This document shows, piece by piece, positions 11,001-22,860 of a DNA stretch of 64,000 nucleotides. Numbering within the stretch: the first letter of the stretch is position 1; each line of letters starts with the position of its first letter. Both the position numbers and the translations under genes were made by a program. The DNA comes from Balanoglossus misakiensis (Eukaryota; Animalia; Hemichordata), in the NCBI GenBank assembly GCA_040954595.2, contig CM082592.2:2046001-2110000 (forward strand), read 5' to 3'. The notes beneath the pieces were generated by a model that saw only the letters and a list, made by a program, of their open reading frames with translations, did not search any database and had not been told where the DNA came from.

Positions 11001-12377
11001 ACTGCTTTATGTTTTATAGTCACCAATTTACACATAGAATTGACTTTCCATATATCATCAAATCAATCAATATGAAGAGAAGAGTGTGTTTTAAGTTTTG
11101 TCTAAAAATGACGTTTTTGGGCAAAAAATGGTCAAAAAGGCAATTCTGTCTCGTTTGGGGTCAGTCAGACTGCTTTTTTCGTAATATCAACCAAATTTTA
11201 CATAGAATAGGCATATCATATGTCATCAGATCTTCGAATGTGATGAAAACAGTGTGTTTTTAGTGTTTTCTAAAAATGACCTTTTTTGGGTTAAAAAGTG
11301 CCAAAACGGCAATTTTGTCTTAGGTGGGGTCAGTTAGACTGCTTTTTTCGTAATATCAACCAAATTTTACATAGAATAGGCATATCATATGTCATCAGAT
11401 CTTCGAATGTGACGAAAACAGTGTGTTTTTGTTGTTTTCTAAAAATGACCTTTTTTGGGTTAAAAAGTGCCAAAATGGCAATTTTGTCTTGGGTGGGGTC
11501 AGTTAGACTGCTTTTTTCGTAATATCAACCAAATTTTACATAGAATAGGCATATCATATGTCATCAGATCTTCGAATGTGACGAAAACAGTGTGTTTTTA
11601 GTGTTTTCTAAAAATGACCTTTTTTTTGGTTAAAAAGTGCCAAAATGGCAATTTTGTCTTGGGTGGGGTCAATAAGACTGCCTTTTTTGGAATCAGCACC
11701 ATTTTTTACATAGAATGGACTTCACAAACCTTCCTTACCAATTTTTTTATTTAAAGGCACCTATCTCCTAGGGTAATAACTTGTCATCATAGTCACTAAT
11801 TGGTAAGGGTACTTGGAAGTATGACGTAATGATGACGTAATTGATTATTATATCAATATTTTGCAATAATTAGATACTTTACTCAATCAGCTTTCTGTTG
11901 ATACCAAACACATCACAGTTTTCATCAGTACAATTGCTCAGAGACGTGTTTTGCAAAACCTCACATTTATACAAATTATAGGTGAACAGAACACCATTTT
12001 CGTAAGGGTATTTTGACTTATGACGTCACTATGATGTCATGATTTGTCATATCACTTTAATTTTGTAATTAATGGAAAGCTTGTTTATTAAGCTTTCTTT
12101 TGATACCAAATACTTCCCTGTTGTTCTAGGTATACATTCAGAGAGACAGTATTTTACAAGACTAATTTACCCCCCTACGTCAATTTATATGCACTTTTAG
12201 GCTTTTCTACATACGTTACCCAATATAATTTAGAAGCCAATAACTCGAAAACGCCCCGGTGCCCAGATGGCAAACAAAGTGAATTTTACTCAGTATATGA
12301 TAGGCTTTCAGAAAAACATTGTCTCAAAAATTCCCCCGGGGGGGGGGGGAGGTAAACCCCTACTGGCTCATGGTCTA
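8036..12377. mobile_element. 4.34-kb foldback-type non-autonomous DNA transposon (TAG...CTA ends, 3-bp TSD; Academ-like)
   Basis: Inverted arms 8036-~9718 and ~10877-12377; TSD tgt at 8033-8035 and 12378-12380. Removing it restores SVRQGCP in the host LINE. No transposase ORF. Confidence 0.88.
8755..10620 (+). repeat. ~169-170-bp tandem repeats inside the foldback element (mirrored at ~10880-11670)
   Basis: gaccccacccaagacaaaattgcc recurs at ~8755, 8925, 9094, 9263 and 9432, then as diverged units toward the centre. Confidence 0.9.
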
Positions 12378-13345
12378 TGTCTGACACTTCGTTTAATTAA
12401 CACCGAGTCAGACAAAAACCCGTTAATTTTTACATTACTCATAATCTGGTTGTACATAATGGAAATCCATTTAACAAAGTTGTCACCGAACCTGAACGCC
12501 CTCTGTGTGTTAAGCAAATACTTGTGATCAACGCGATCAAAGGCTTTCATCTGATCAAATTTCAGAATGGCACCCGAACAGTTACTGGACTCAACATGAT
12601 GAATAAGATGTCCCATACAGAAAACATTGTCCACAATGTCACGACCTGGGACACAGCAAGGTTGATCTGGGCTGACAATGGAGGGTCTAATTCTATTGAG
12701 CCTAATGGCAAGTGTTTAAGCAAGAATGTTGTAATCACAGTTGAGGAGGGTTATAGGGCGCCAATTTTTAATGTAACGGGGGTCACTGTCTGCTTTAGGG
12801 ATTAAGGTAATAAGACCAGTTTTCCACTCATCGGGGAGAATGTTATTTGAGAAAATACAGTTGAAAATGTCAAGCAAATCATCTTTGATATCTTCCCAAA
12901 AGTGAAGATAAAATTCGTACGGTAAACCATCAGCGCCTGGGCTTTGATTATGAATACATTTAGAGAGGGCAAAGGTCACCTCTTCTACCGAAGACTCTGA
13001 ATCGGCGACAGCGCACTCCTCATCAGAAACAGTATTTGTGATGTAACTAAGGAAAGTATTTTGAAGTGCAAGATCACAAGGCTCAGTGTTATAAAGCTTA
13101 GAGTAAAATGCATGAGCTTCTGAAATTATATCAGTGATGTCGGTGAGAATTTCATTGTTGTCATAATTAAGGATTTGATGCATTTTTTTCCTGCTTAGAC
13201 TTTTCGAGGTTAAAGAAAAACCGAGTGGATTTCTCGCCCTCCTCATACCACTGAATCTTGGAACGGATTAAGGCCCCCTGGGTTTCTAAGGAAATAATGT
13301 TGTCAAGGTCTTCTTGAATGATATGTGCATTAATAAGATCATAGT

Positions 13346-13376
13346 CGGCTTATTCTTAAGTGGTATGGCCGTAGGC
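13346..13376 (-). pseudogene. 5S rRNA 5' stub (about nt 1-30) fused to Tx1-like LINE ORF2
   Basis: GCCTACGGCCATACCACTTAAGAATAAGCCG is followed by LINE ORF2 linker sequence and preceded by the same ~130-bp upstream spacer (13377-13505) as the other 5S copies. Confidence 0.88.
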
Positions 13377-14284
13377 GAAAGATGCTTGAATTTCTCCTGC
13401 TATAAACCCGAATCCTACACCATTGAACACGTATCCTGACTTGGCCAATTTTTGTGGGTAACCGATCGACCTTTCATAGCTTATAAGGCAAGTGGGATGA
13501 AAAAACCCCAACAGCACTGTTTCCTCTTTTCCGGGTAGAACTAAATGTATGCCTGTCTGTTTACATTGCAATCTCTGGTGTTGTCTGAACGAAGACATGC
13601 ATCACAGGAAAACGCTCGTGCCAGCTTTCACGTCTCATGTCGTATTTAACTGACATCGCAGAGAAGCCAATGCTGCAGCTATCAGCGTGAAACTAAGACT
13701 CTGGGAGACTGGTCAAATATGGGAGGAGCCCATCCCATGACATTTGAAAACTTCCTGGTACGAGACTTGCTTGTCCATGTCGCGACTTGATCGCGATTGC
13801 AGCTACAAGCTGCAAAATTGTGTTAGGGAATAATAACTTCCCTGTCACAAAACGAGTTCACTGCAAGGTAACACAAAAAAAAGAGGAATTTCGTAATTTT
13901 ACTATTTAGTAAAAAATAAAAAAATATGTACTTTTCCGATTACCCGACCTACCCTAATTTTACCCCACTGACCCTAAAGTTTTTAGCGTTAGTAAACTCG
14001 GAAGTAAAAATAACGATGTCAAATATACAACATTTTTATGGAAATCACGCGAGAACTATGATGTCATTCTTCTACACTACGCCGACCAGGGAAATAAATA
14101 AACATTGCAAATCCCCTGCCTACCTACCCTATTTTTTGAAAACCATGTAATCATATATTTTTGGCTTTATTTGTAATGGGTAGGAACTCCGAACGTTACT
14201 CATCCTGTCCGTCAAGTTGTTATACCTTGATGACTTAAGACTCACATGCAGTCGATGTGTATACAGATGATCACTTTATATATA

Positions 14285-17200
14285 TTGTTTATTCGGTAAA
14301 TATAGGCCACCGGCCTTCCTTACAATCGATACAGTAAACATACAGACCAACTTAAGGTCAGCTATACATTACACGTTACTGAACATTTATAATATCTTGT
14401 AGCAAATTTTCACTTAGTTTGAAACTGTAAAAAATAAACTTTATAATAGTACTGGGATGTTGAGAACTAAGGATATTTATAAATGTTGCTTCTGTTGGTA
14501 TGGCATGACAGTAAGAAGGAAGAAAACGTTTCCTCAAGTCCTCGTATATGGGGCAAACTAAACAAAAATGAAATTCGTTTTCTATTTGATTTGTACTACA
14601 TAACTGGCAAACTCTTTCTTCCCTTGGAATATTTGGAATCTACCACTCTCTATACGCAAATTGTGATTTGACACTTGAAATTTACATAAAGTCCTTCTGA
14701 ATATCTCCACATTAATAACACCTAAATACTTCTCAAATACAAGATTATTTTTAAAAAGTCGAAATATATCTAACTTCGAGGTATTGAGCAGGCTTGTTTT
14801 CCATTGTTGGAAGCCAATATCAAAAGATCTCTGTTTAAATACAGATAAAAAGAAGCATTCATCACCTACGGCTTGCATGTCCCATAAGTTTGTAGCAAAC
14901 GCTTTACATTATACGCCCAACAATTGTAGCCCTTTTCGGCCATTTCATATTGACATCTTAATATATGTGACATTATCACTATGTAAAAGTTTCAACCAAT
15001 ATTTAACAATGCGGGACAGTCTCGTAACTCGCAAAGGCACTCTACCAAGTTCCCAGAGAACAGCAGAGTTGCATGTTTTAGTGCAAACATTTAAAATAAA
15101 TTTGCAAAAAAGACTATGCACAGTTTCCACATCAGAACCCTCGTGAAAGCCCCAAACTTCGCAACCATACACAAGGATTGGTAAAATTTTACAGTAGAAA
15201 ATTCTAAGTGCAATATTAACGTCTACATTCTTAAAGAGGCTGAGGTATTGTTTAATACCGTACATCACAATTTTAGCATGTTTCGCCAATTTCTCTTGGG
15301 CGCTGGACCATATACCCGAACGAGAGAATTGTAAGCCAAGATAATTAAAATAAGAGACTATTTCTACATTTTTACCATCTAAATACCATTTTTCACAGTT
15401 TTTTAGTCTCCCCCCTTTCCTAAATACCATGACTTTTGTCTTTATTGAATTAACTTTTAACTTCCATTTTTTGCAGTAAATACTCAGTTTATTGAGTTGC
15501 CTTTGCAACCCATTAACGCTGCTAGACGCAGTAACCAAGTCGTCAGCAAATAATAAATACAACAATCTTAACATGCCCACATACACCCCACTAAACAGGC
15601 CGCTTTGCAAGGTTACACCAATATCATCAATAAAATGGTTGAACAAAAGAGGAGATATTACAGACCCTTGTTGTACCCCAAAAATACAATTAAAAAATTC
15701 AGTTACTCCCTGTGGGGTCCTGACACACGATTTTACATTGGTGTACATGGATTTTAAAACTCTCAGCATTTTTCCTTTCATGCCTAAGTTAAGAAGCTTG
15801 TAAAACATAGCGCTGTGACCTATTCTATCAAAGGCTTTTTCAAAATCGATAAAGGCACAGTATAACTCCATTTTATGCTTAACTAAATTCTTCCATACTG
15901 TAGTGTCTAAAATAAAAATATTATCAGTGGTGCTACGATATTTTCGGAATTCAGCCTGTGCTTGTGAAATAGGGCAGTTAGCTTCAATAAACTCAGAAAT
16001 TCGCTTGTGCATAATGTTACATAAAACCTTACTGGCAACAGGAAGTAATGTAATCCCTCTATAGTTACCAACAGAATCACGAGAAACTTTTTTGTGAAGA
16101 GGGACGATCATACCTTTTACCCATTCTATTGGAAAATTACCTGAATTCAAAATTGCATTACAAAGTTTCAACATGTGACCGGGGGTTGATTTACCTACTT
16201 ACCTGTGACAGGGGGTTGACTTACTTACTTACCTATGTGACCGGGGGTTGATTTACCTACTTACCTGTGACAGGGGGGGGGGGGGGTTGACTTACTTACT
16301 TACCTACATACGTTGAGGGCGCTATACACACATATATAGGCACGCACTTCCATACTAGGTCATTCATTATCTGACCTGTGCTCTTTCATTTTGTTACCTG
16401 TATGTGTAGGTGAGTTTACCTTTTACAATCCACTTTAGATAGTGCTAAATATAAGCCATCCAAATATTTGAATACCTGGTATTGCTTTAGTTGATATTTA
16501 TAGTTGTAGTGGGGGAATTTACTTTATTCTTCTTTAGTTATTTATACTTGTTTTTGGCATTTAAAAATGTGGTGATGTGTGCTTCATGACCGATTCAACT
16601 TAACTCATGTAACAGATTCATTATTTGACCCGTGCTCTTTCATTTTGTTACCTGTATGTGTAGGCCTACCTGTGCTGTACTATATGTTATGTATGACTTA
16701 TACGGCCGAAATAAAAAGTCGAACCACCAGAAGTGACAACCACAATTTTTCCGAGCATGGTGTATTATTTGCTGACCCTAAATGGGCAAGCTACACAAAC
16801 AGAATCTATTTAAATTCACGACTGCTATACTTAAAGAATTCTACAGGGATTCCATGGAACCCCGCAGCTTTACCCAGCTTTAATTTCTGGATTGACCAGT
16901 CAACTTCATCCATTGTGATCTCGTCATCCAGTATACTAGTGTTTATAGAACTGTCAACAACTGAATTACTATTTACAAAATCTTCTGAAGAAAATGAATT
17001 ATTAACAAATTCGTCAACTTCTTGGTAAAAATCCGAAAAGTTATCGTCTATATTTCTTGGGGTATTAAACAGTACTCAATCCATTCCTGTGGTGAAATAG
17101 TATCAGGAGCACAGGGAGTGTAGGGTCTCAACATCGACCAGAATCGTTTAGAGTTGGTATCCTTGGCAGCTTCAGCAAAGTTCTTCTGTTTCAAGATGTC

Positions 17201-17400
17201 GTAGCTTTTCTTTTTTTTGTCTTAACGTGTCACGATAGTTACGTTGTTTAGCTTTAAAGTCACTGTAAGAAGTTGCACTAAGCATACATTTGTGTATTTT
17301 CAAAGCTCTTTTGACTTCCCATTTCAATTTGCTACAATCTTTGTCCCACCATCCATTTTTCTTTACACAATTCTTATCGGTTTTTCTTTTTACCATACAT
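14285..17400 (-). mobile_element. Degenerate RTEX-like LINE (RT ORF 14945-16174, resuming at 16798-17400)
   Basis: Motifs YRGITLL, FIDFEKAFDRI, GVQQGSVISPLLF, LLFADD, KTKVMVFRKGG, LVYGCEVWG and AVLWELGRVPL. KLKLGKAAG..GIPVEFFK lies on the far side of the insertion. End coordinates approximate. Confidence 0.8.
16174..16797 (+). mobile_element. Probable solo LTR (624 bp, TGTG...CACA, 4-bp TSD)
   Basis: TSD aaca at 16170-16173 and 16798-16801; AATAAA at ~16709; ~30-bp tandem repeats at the 5' end. Removal restores the LINE frame. Confidence 0.65.
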
Positions 17401-20400
17401 TGGAGAGATGTGTAAATTAAATTATTTTAATTGTGTGTTATTTAATTTATAGTATTCTTCCCACATGACCTACAGTACAGGCCTGAGGGTCGTTCATTGA
17501 ATATGAGTTAACGATCGACCGACCAATACGTGTACCTTATGAGCTGTAACAGCTGTTGACTCATATGACTGTAAAACGGGAAATTTAGCGAATGAGAGCC
17601 AAAAAACGCGATAATAAATAAAGAGTCGCCAAGGACAATGTGTACAATAGAATGTAATTCGGAGATAAACAGAACGCGAAAATAAATCGTCGCAGAATCG
17701 TCACCTCTGTTCATATCGCGAAGCTTTTCAGTCGCGAAAAATTCCCGTTTTACAGTATGATCATTTGATGCGCTTTGAGGACTCGTGTGATCGATGAAAT
17801 ATATCATTTACCGGTGCGAAATTCTCTAGATATTCTGATTCTGTGTTATACTTCCAGTGACGGCATGCAATAAAGACCTATAACAACTAAGTGTAGCGCA
17901 CACACCCATGGTTCTGTCTCCATTCAAGATGAAACTTGGGTTGAAGACTTTGATCAGAGAAAGGATTTTTCACAAAAAAAGCGATAGAAGTTATTGTGTT
18001 AATTTTGTGAAAAAAGACGACAAGGTGACTACGGCGTGTTAATGGTTATAGGAGAGAACTGCCGTAGGCCAGCTCTGCAGTGTTTCTCCAACGGAGTTTA
18101 AATACAGCTAGTGCTGCAGTATTGTTTTAAAACAGATGACAGTTTTTGTTTGTAAAACTGACGGAGAAATCGCGTTCCTAATGAATAAAATCATGATCGT
18201 TCTCGTCCAACTGATGTGGTATTTACACCGAGTCCTGTTCCCCCGCAGTGGCACCTGTTTGATCCAAGAATTCCTAGGACATATCCATTGCAGCTGTTTG
18301 TTGTATATCCTTCGAAGGAGCTGGTGCGCGTTGTAGCCAAGGTGGATGCATTGCTCCATTTGCCAGTTCTCTTCCCCGCGCCGCCCAATCGTGTCCCTCT
18401 GCAATCGACGAAATCTGCCCAAGGCCCCTTCGAAATCGCCCTTGTATTCTTCCACGCGTTTCCGAAACGTACGGTTAAAGTAGTCGTACAGCTTCACGTC
18501 GTTAAACCTGGCGACCATTTCCCCCAGCGCGGGCGTCAGAGGCGCGGGCTTCTCCTTGTGCAGCTTGCAAAAGGAGTGTTACGGCACGCTGGCCGTTGAG
18601 GGCAGTAAGAAAAAATAGACTTACTGAATGGCTCGCTTTGATGAACCAACCGGCGCCCACGCAACAAACACGGTCAACAACAGTCACACCACAACGCTAT
18701 TTCCTTACTTATGGAAACTTTTAATTATTAAAACTAAAGCATTGATAAATATAACCTGATTGTGCACTGAAAAAAACACAAAAATAAGTGACTACCTTAA
18801 ATGTGACTAGGTGTGGAAATAAAAGACTAAAGTCCAATATTCCGTTCCGACGGCGAAGTTCAGTCCGAGTAGCGCTCTGGCAAAAATCCAGCGGTAGACT
18901 GCACGGCTTCCAGGCCAGTTTCACATGAGACAGCACGGCTTCCAGGTGCGGCTACCAGACCAGTACAACGTGAGACGGTACCAAAAGGAGCACAATCCCG
19001 ATAGGCTTGTGTCCCTAACTATTAAGTAAACACCTGGCGAACGCGAGTACAGACAGGTTAATCAGATATACGCGTGGGAGGAGTCAATTGATTTGTCATA
19101 AAATCTACTCGACGCATTTATAGTCGTGGTAAACCGCGTCACCAAACCCCAAAATTCATTCCTGGGCACAATATGAAGAGCCGTCGTTGCTCCGCGTTTG
19201 TCGCCCTGCTCATATTCGCCAGTGTCTTGGTGGGCACCGAGGCATTCTACGCTTTGCTGAGTAAGTCCGAAAGCCCACAAGATGACCACACTCATTACAC
19301 AATGTCCCACGAAGCCTTACTGACTGTAATGGCCAAATATCTGGAAGACAACCCTCGGACAGGAAGTTCCGTACAGCCCGGTGATTTAGTCGGACTTGAT
19401 CCGTTGACCTCGGCAAGTCTGTGTACAGCCTACTATGGGGGGGGGGTGTATTCGTCTCCTTTTCTATCTCAAAACCCAGAAATTTAGATGCATTGCTGTG
19501 GACTTGATAGATAGCGAATAACTGCTAAAAAACAGCCCCTGACTTCTCAAATCCCCGTATGTTCGCATTAGTGGATGCGTCATGGTGAATTACTTTATAA
19601 TGTGTCAATATCTTATTCTCAATATGTATCTTTGTATCAAGTAAATACATTTAATATGAAATTAAGCTGGGCTTTGAAATCATGTTCAGCATTTTCGCGC
19701 ACGGCGATAGTCCTGTATTCAGGCAACGGTGGGCTGAATAAACGGGTGCGGCACATTCCACTTGTTGCTGTGAACAGCTGGGTGATTGGGGAAAGTTGTT
19801 TGCTTCAGGATAAATAAGGAAGATATGAGAGGGGGGTAAGTGCTAAAGCCGGCTTCTTGGTTTCCCATGTTACATGTTAGCATGTACGTTACATCTAGCT
19901 CCATACACATAACACAATAGTGTGACAAAAGTGTCAGAAATACATACTCACATATAAATTAATATTCTTATTTTCTTCAAAGAGGGACAAGTTTCTGCCA
20001 TACCCTTAGAAGAAGCTATAGAAGAAATGGTCGACGGCAATCTGATGTCGATTTCTATGAATATTCATCTCCAGGGGCGCATGTAAATGCAGAAAATTTC
20101 AAAAAAGGTAACAAGTATTTAAGCGAACAATATCCGGGAATATCCCCATAAGATTTTGTGTGTGTCTCAAAATGTGTTTCCCCTTTCTTTTATATTTTGA
20201 ACACAAAATGAAGGAATGATTTCAAACAATAAACTGCTATACAAAGTGAATCTTAAAGTTCATAACGCGAACAAGAAAGACTTAGTGATTTGCAATAAAG
20301 ACGTACAAACTTACATTTGTTTTTGTTTTTTCTCGAGAGAGTAGCTATTTCATTTACACAAACTTTACCGTCATGTAAATTCTACCTGTGGTGTAAATAT

Positions 20401-21679
20401 CATTCTCCTGATAGTTGATTCATATGGCCTTAATTTGTACTAGTAGTGATTACCATTTATTTTTATTTGAAAATGTACATTGTCTGTCATATTTTGGGGT
20501 ACATCGTAAATGTTACAATATTTTTTCTAGTTTGACACAATTTACTGTAAAATACATTGTGTCAAACTAGAAAAAATATCCAATGATTAAACCAGCATAA
20601 CTCTGAACTGGTGATTTCAATATTCATTAACCAATCACACTTTATTATTGGAAAACTAACAGGTAACCGTCGACTTCAAAACACCCGTGACGTCATCATC
20701 CAGCTCTTGCAGGAGTCAGAGCCTGACTACTCGTCAGCCAGAAATTTGATTGGAGAATATTTGCATATAGTTCAAGATTTCTATAGCAACGCAAACTGGG
20801 TGGAAATGAACGGCCCGGTTGCATACGAAGACTTGGGTAATTGATATATTAAAACATTCCAGAATGAAATCTTGTAGTTATATTGTATTTGGTGTTAGGC
20901 TACACGGGCAGTGGTCAGGTACCGTTGACGCTAACCATGTTCCCCTAAAGGGGCAAACGACATTTGGGTGAAAGGTTGGTCTTATTCGCTACAAAGTAGA
21001 AACAGTCCACTGACAAGTTATTTCGCCGACAAGTTGGGTATTGATTTTTTTGGCATTTATGATTTATGCGTAGGATTATCGGGAGTGGACATTCTTCCAG
21101 TTACTAAGGGCAACGAATATACGTGCAAGGATTGTGACGACAGGTATGTAAGAACAAAATCGCAATATAGACTGTTATTGATACGTTTTGCGTTTCTTTC
21201 CCTCTTCAATAGTAAATAATACTGTTAGAATTCGAAGGGGTAAACCCTGGTGAACAAACACAGTGTGAATACCTAGGTTGTCGACCAACAGTTAGGCTAA
21301 GCAGGTGTTCGAGGTGAAAACGCCCTCTAGAAATACGTAGGATAGATCATGATTTATTTTGTCACGACCCAAGGAAACTAATACTGCGCCTCCAGAGCTT
21401 CTATAAATGGAAATGTCGTAAATACCACAGGGCGGCTGTTTACACAGCTATTTCTTTGTCAGATTTATGAAACTCTTACCACTTGATGAGTCACATGAGA
21501 ACTAAACAGAAGTGGAGTTTAACCCCCTCCTTGTGCTTATTCCTATTCAGTACTGTGATTTATCATCAAGGCGTTAACTTTAAGTGGAACCTTGTATGTG
21601 CATGAACAGGGCCATTACATGCGTTATGTACCACAATCCAAAATCACAACACACTTTCATTATCTGACTGTGGTCGGCC

Positions 21680-22400
21680 AATCTTAATGCCGTTTGACTG
21701 ACAACAGACAACACCAACGATCTCGGCTCTATGAAAATCGGCCCAAACAGGTCCAAGAATAAAGAATTACACCACACAACGACAGTAGTTGGCTATATAA
21801 CACACACAACATAAAGTTATCGACGAAAAAGTACACTAGCTTTTGAAAAGATGATTTTGGGAGAAATCTGGTTTCAGTGCTTTTCAGAAGGCGTCCCTGG
21901 GAAACAATAACCACGCCATTCAAACAGTTGTTTGTAAATCGCGTGGAAGTGTAAAGTGTTCAATTATTTTCTGTGTACATGAGAGAAATTACACCACAGG
22001 GGACTGCAAATATGAAAGTTATAAATGGCGAAGTACGTTCTGTTCTGCGTTTTCCCAACCTGTCTTATCATTTGCTAATCCAGAATAAAAGCTATCAATG
22101 GCTATGGATGGGGCACACAGATTAAGTCGTTAGCAGGTGCTTAATAGGAAATGATATAGCTTGTATTCTGGATTAGCAACTAATAAGGCAGGAGGGAGTA
22201 ACACAGGAAAAATAACAAGCACAGAGACTGTTCAGCAAGTACTGTTTATTGGGGGGAAATGCAGGAACTCCGCCATTTATAACTTTCATGTTTGCAGCCC
22301 CCTATGATTACACAGTCATTATGCACGACGACCACTCCCAAATAAACAACTATACAAACACACGTTAATCCGAACCCCGGTACTTTCCGCACCGGGGTTT
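21680..22400 (-). mobile_element. Isolated terminal repeat of the DIRS/Ngaro-like element also seen at 50678-51092
   Basis: Near-identical to 50678-51092, which directly follows the tyrosine-recombinase C-terminus. This copy is interrupted by a MITE. Confidence 0.7.
21995..22305. mobile_element. MITE with 7-bp TSD and CA-starting TIRs (P-element-like)
   Basis: cacaggggactgcaaa...tttgcagcccctatg; TSD attacac at 21988-21994 and 22306-22312. Empty site visible in the paralog at ~50985. Confidence 0.8.
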
Positions 22401-22558
22401 AAGCTTGTTCACTCTCACTCCGGCAAGTCCACTTGTGGTGTCCGGAATGTGGGGACACGGAGTAAATTAAGCAAGGTGCCGTGCCTAGTGAAGGTCGTGC
22501 ATGTCAGTAGCATTATTACTGTGGTTAAAATTAGGGGGGAATCCCCACTTCTGTTTAA

Positions 22559-22860
22559 AGCACGTAGCTCGTCTCACGCGCATGCGCGTAAATTCCCAGC
22601 AAATGTTCCGTTCGATGCATTCAAATAGTGGACTGCCTTCGCTTCCTTCCATATTTCATGCGCACCGTATAAGTAGACTCTGGGTTTGTCACTCCTTTTC
22701 ACCCAAGCTAGTGTCTTTTCCCGATTTCCGACACATATTATGGTCGCCGCCATCTTATCTGTTGTTAGGACAGAGCACTGCCTTATGGGATTGACTGTTC
22801 ACTAAACGTCTGTAACCAGCGGCTACAGCTGGAACATGCGTGTGAGACGAGCTACGCGCT
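22559..22860. mobile_element. TTAA-flanked MITE (Kolobok-like, AG ends)
   Basis: ttaa|agcacgtagctcgtctcac...gtgagacgagctacgcgct|ttaa. Confidence 0.75.

Larger units (their letters stand above)
2660..13345 (-). mobile_element. Longer degenerate copy of Tx1-like family A, in three pieces (12378-13345, 7278-8035, 2660-3276) split by two nested insertions
   Basis: Motifs SPGADGLPYEFY, NWRPITLLNCDY, DQMKAFDRVDH, and SVRQGCPLS when rejoined across the 8036-12377 insertion. The 3' part matches 745-1700. Confidence 0.88.

Noticed and set aside
8755-11670. Regular repeats as a CRISPR array; duplicated ORFs such as MPKRQFCLRWGQ and MANKVNFTQY
   Set aside because: The units are contiguous ~169-bp tandem repeats with no unique spacers and no cas genes. 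The ORFs are by-products of the inverted arms.
18840-19025. Structured segment ending gagcacaatcccgataggcttgtgtccc as a ribozyme or ncRNA
   Set aside because: No match I can recognise to HDV, twister or hammerhead cores; more likely a transposon terminal hairpin.
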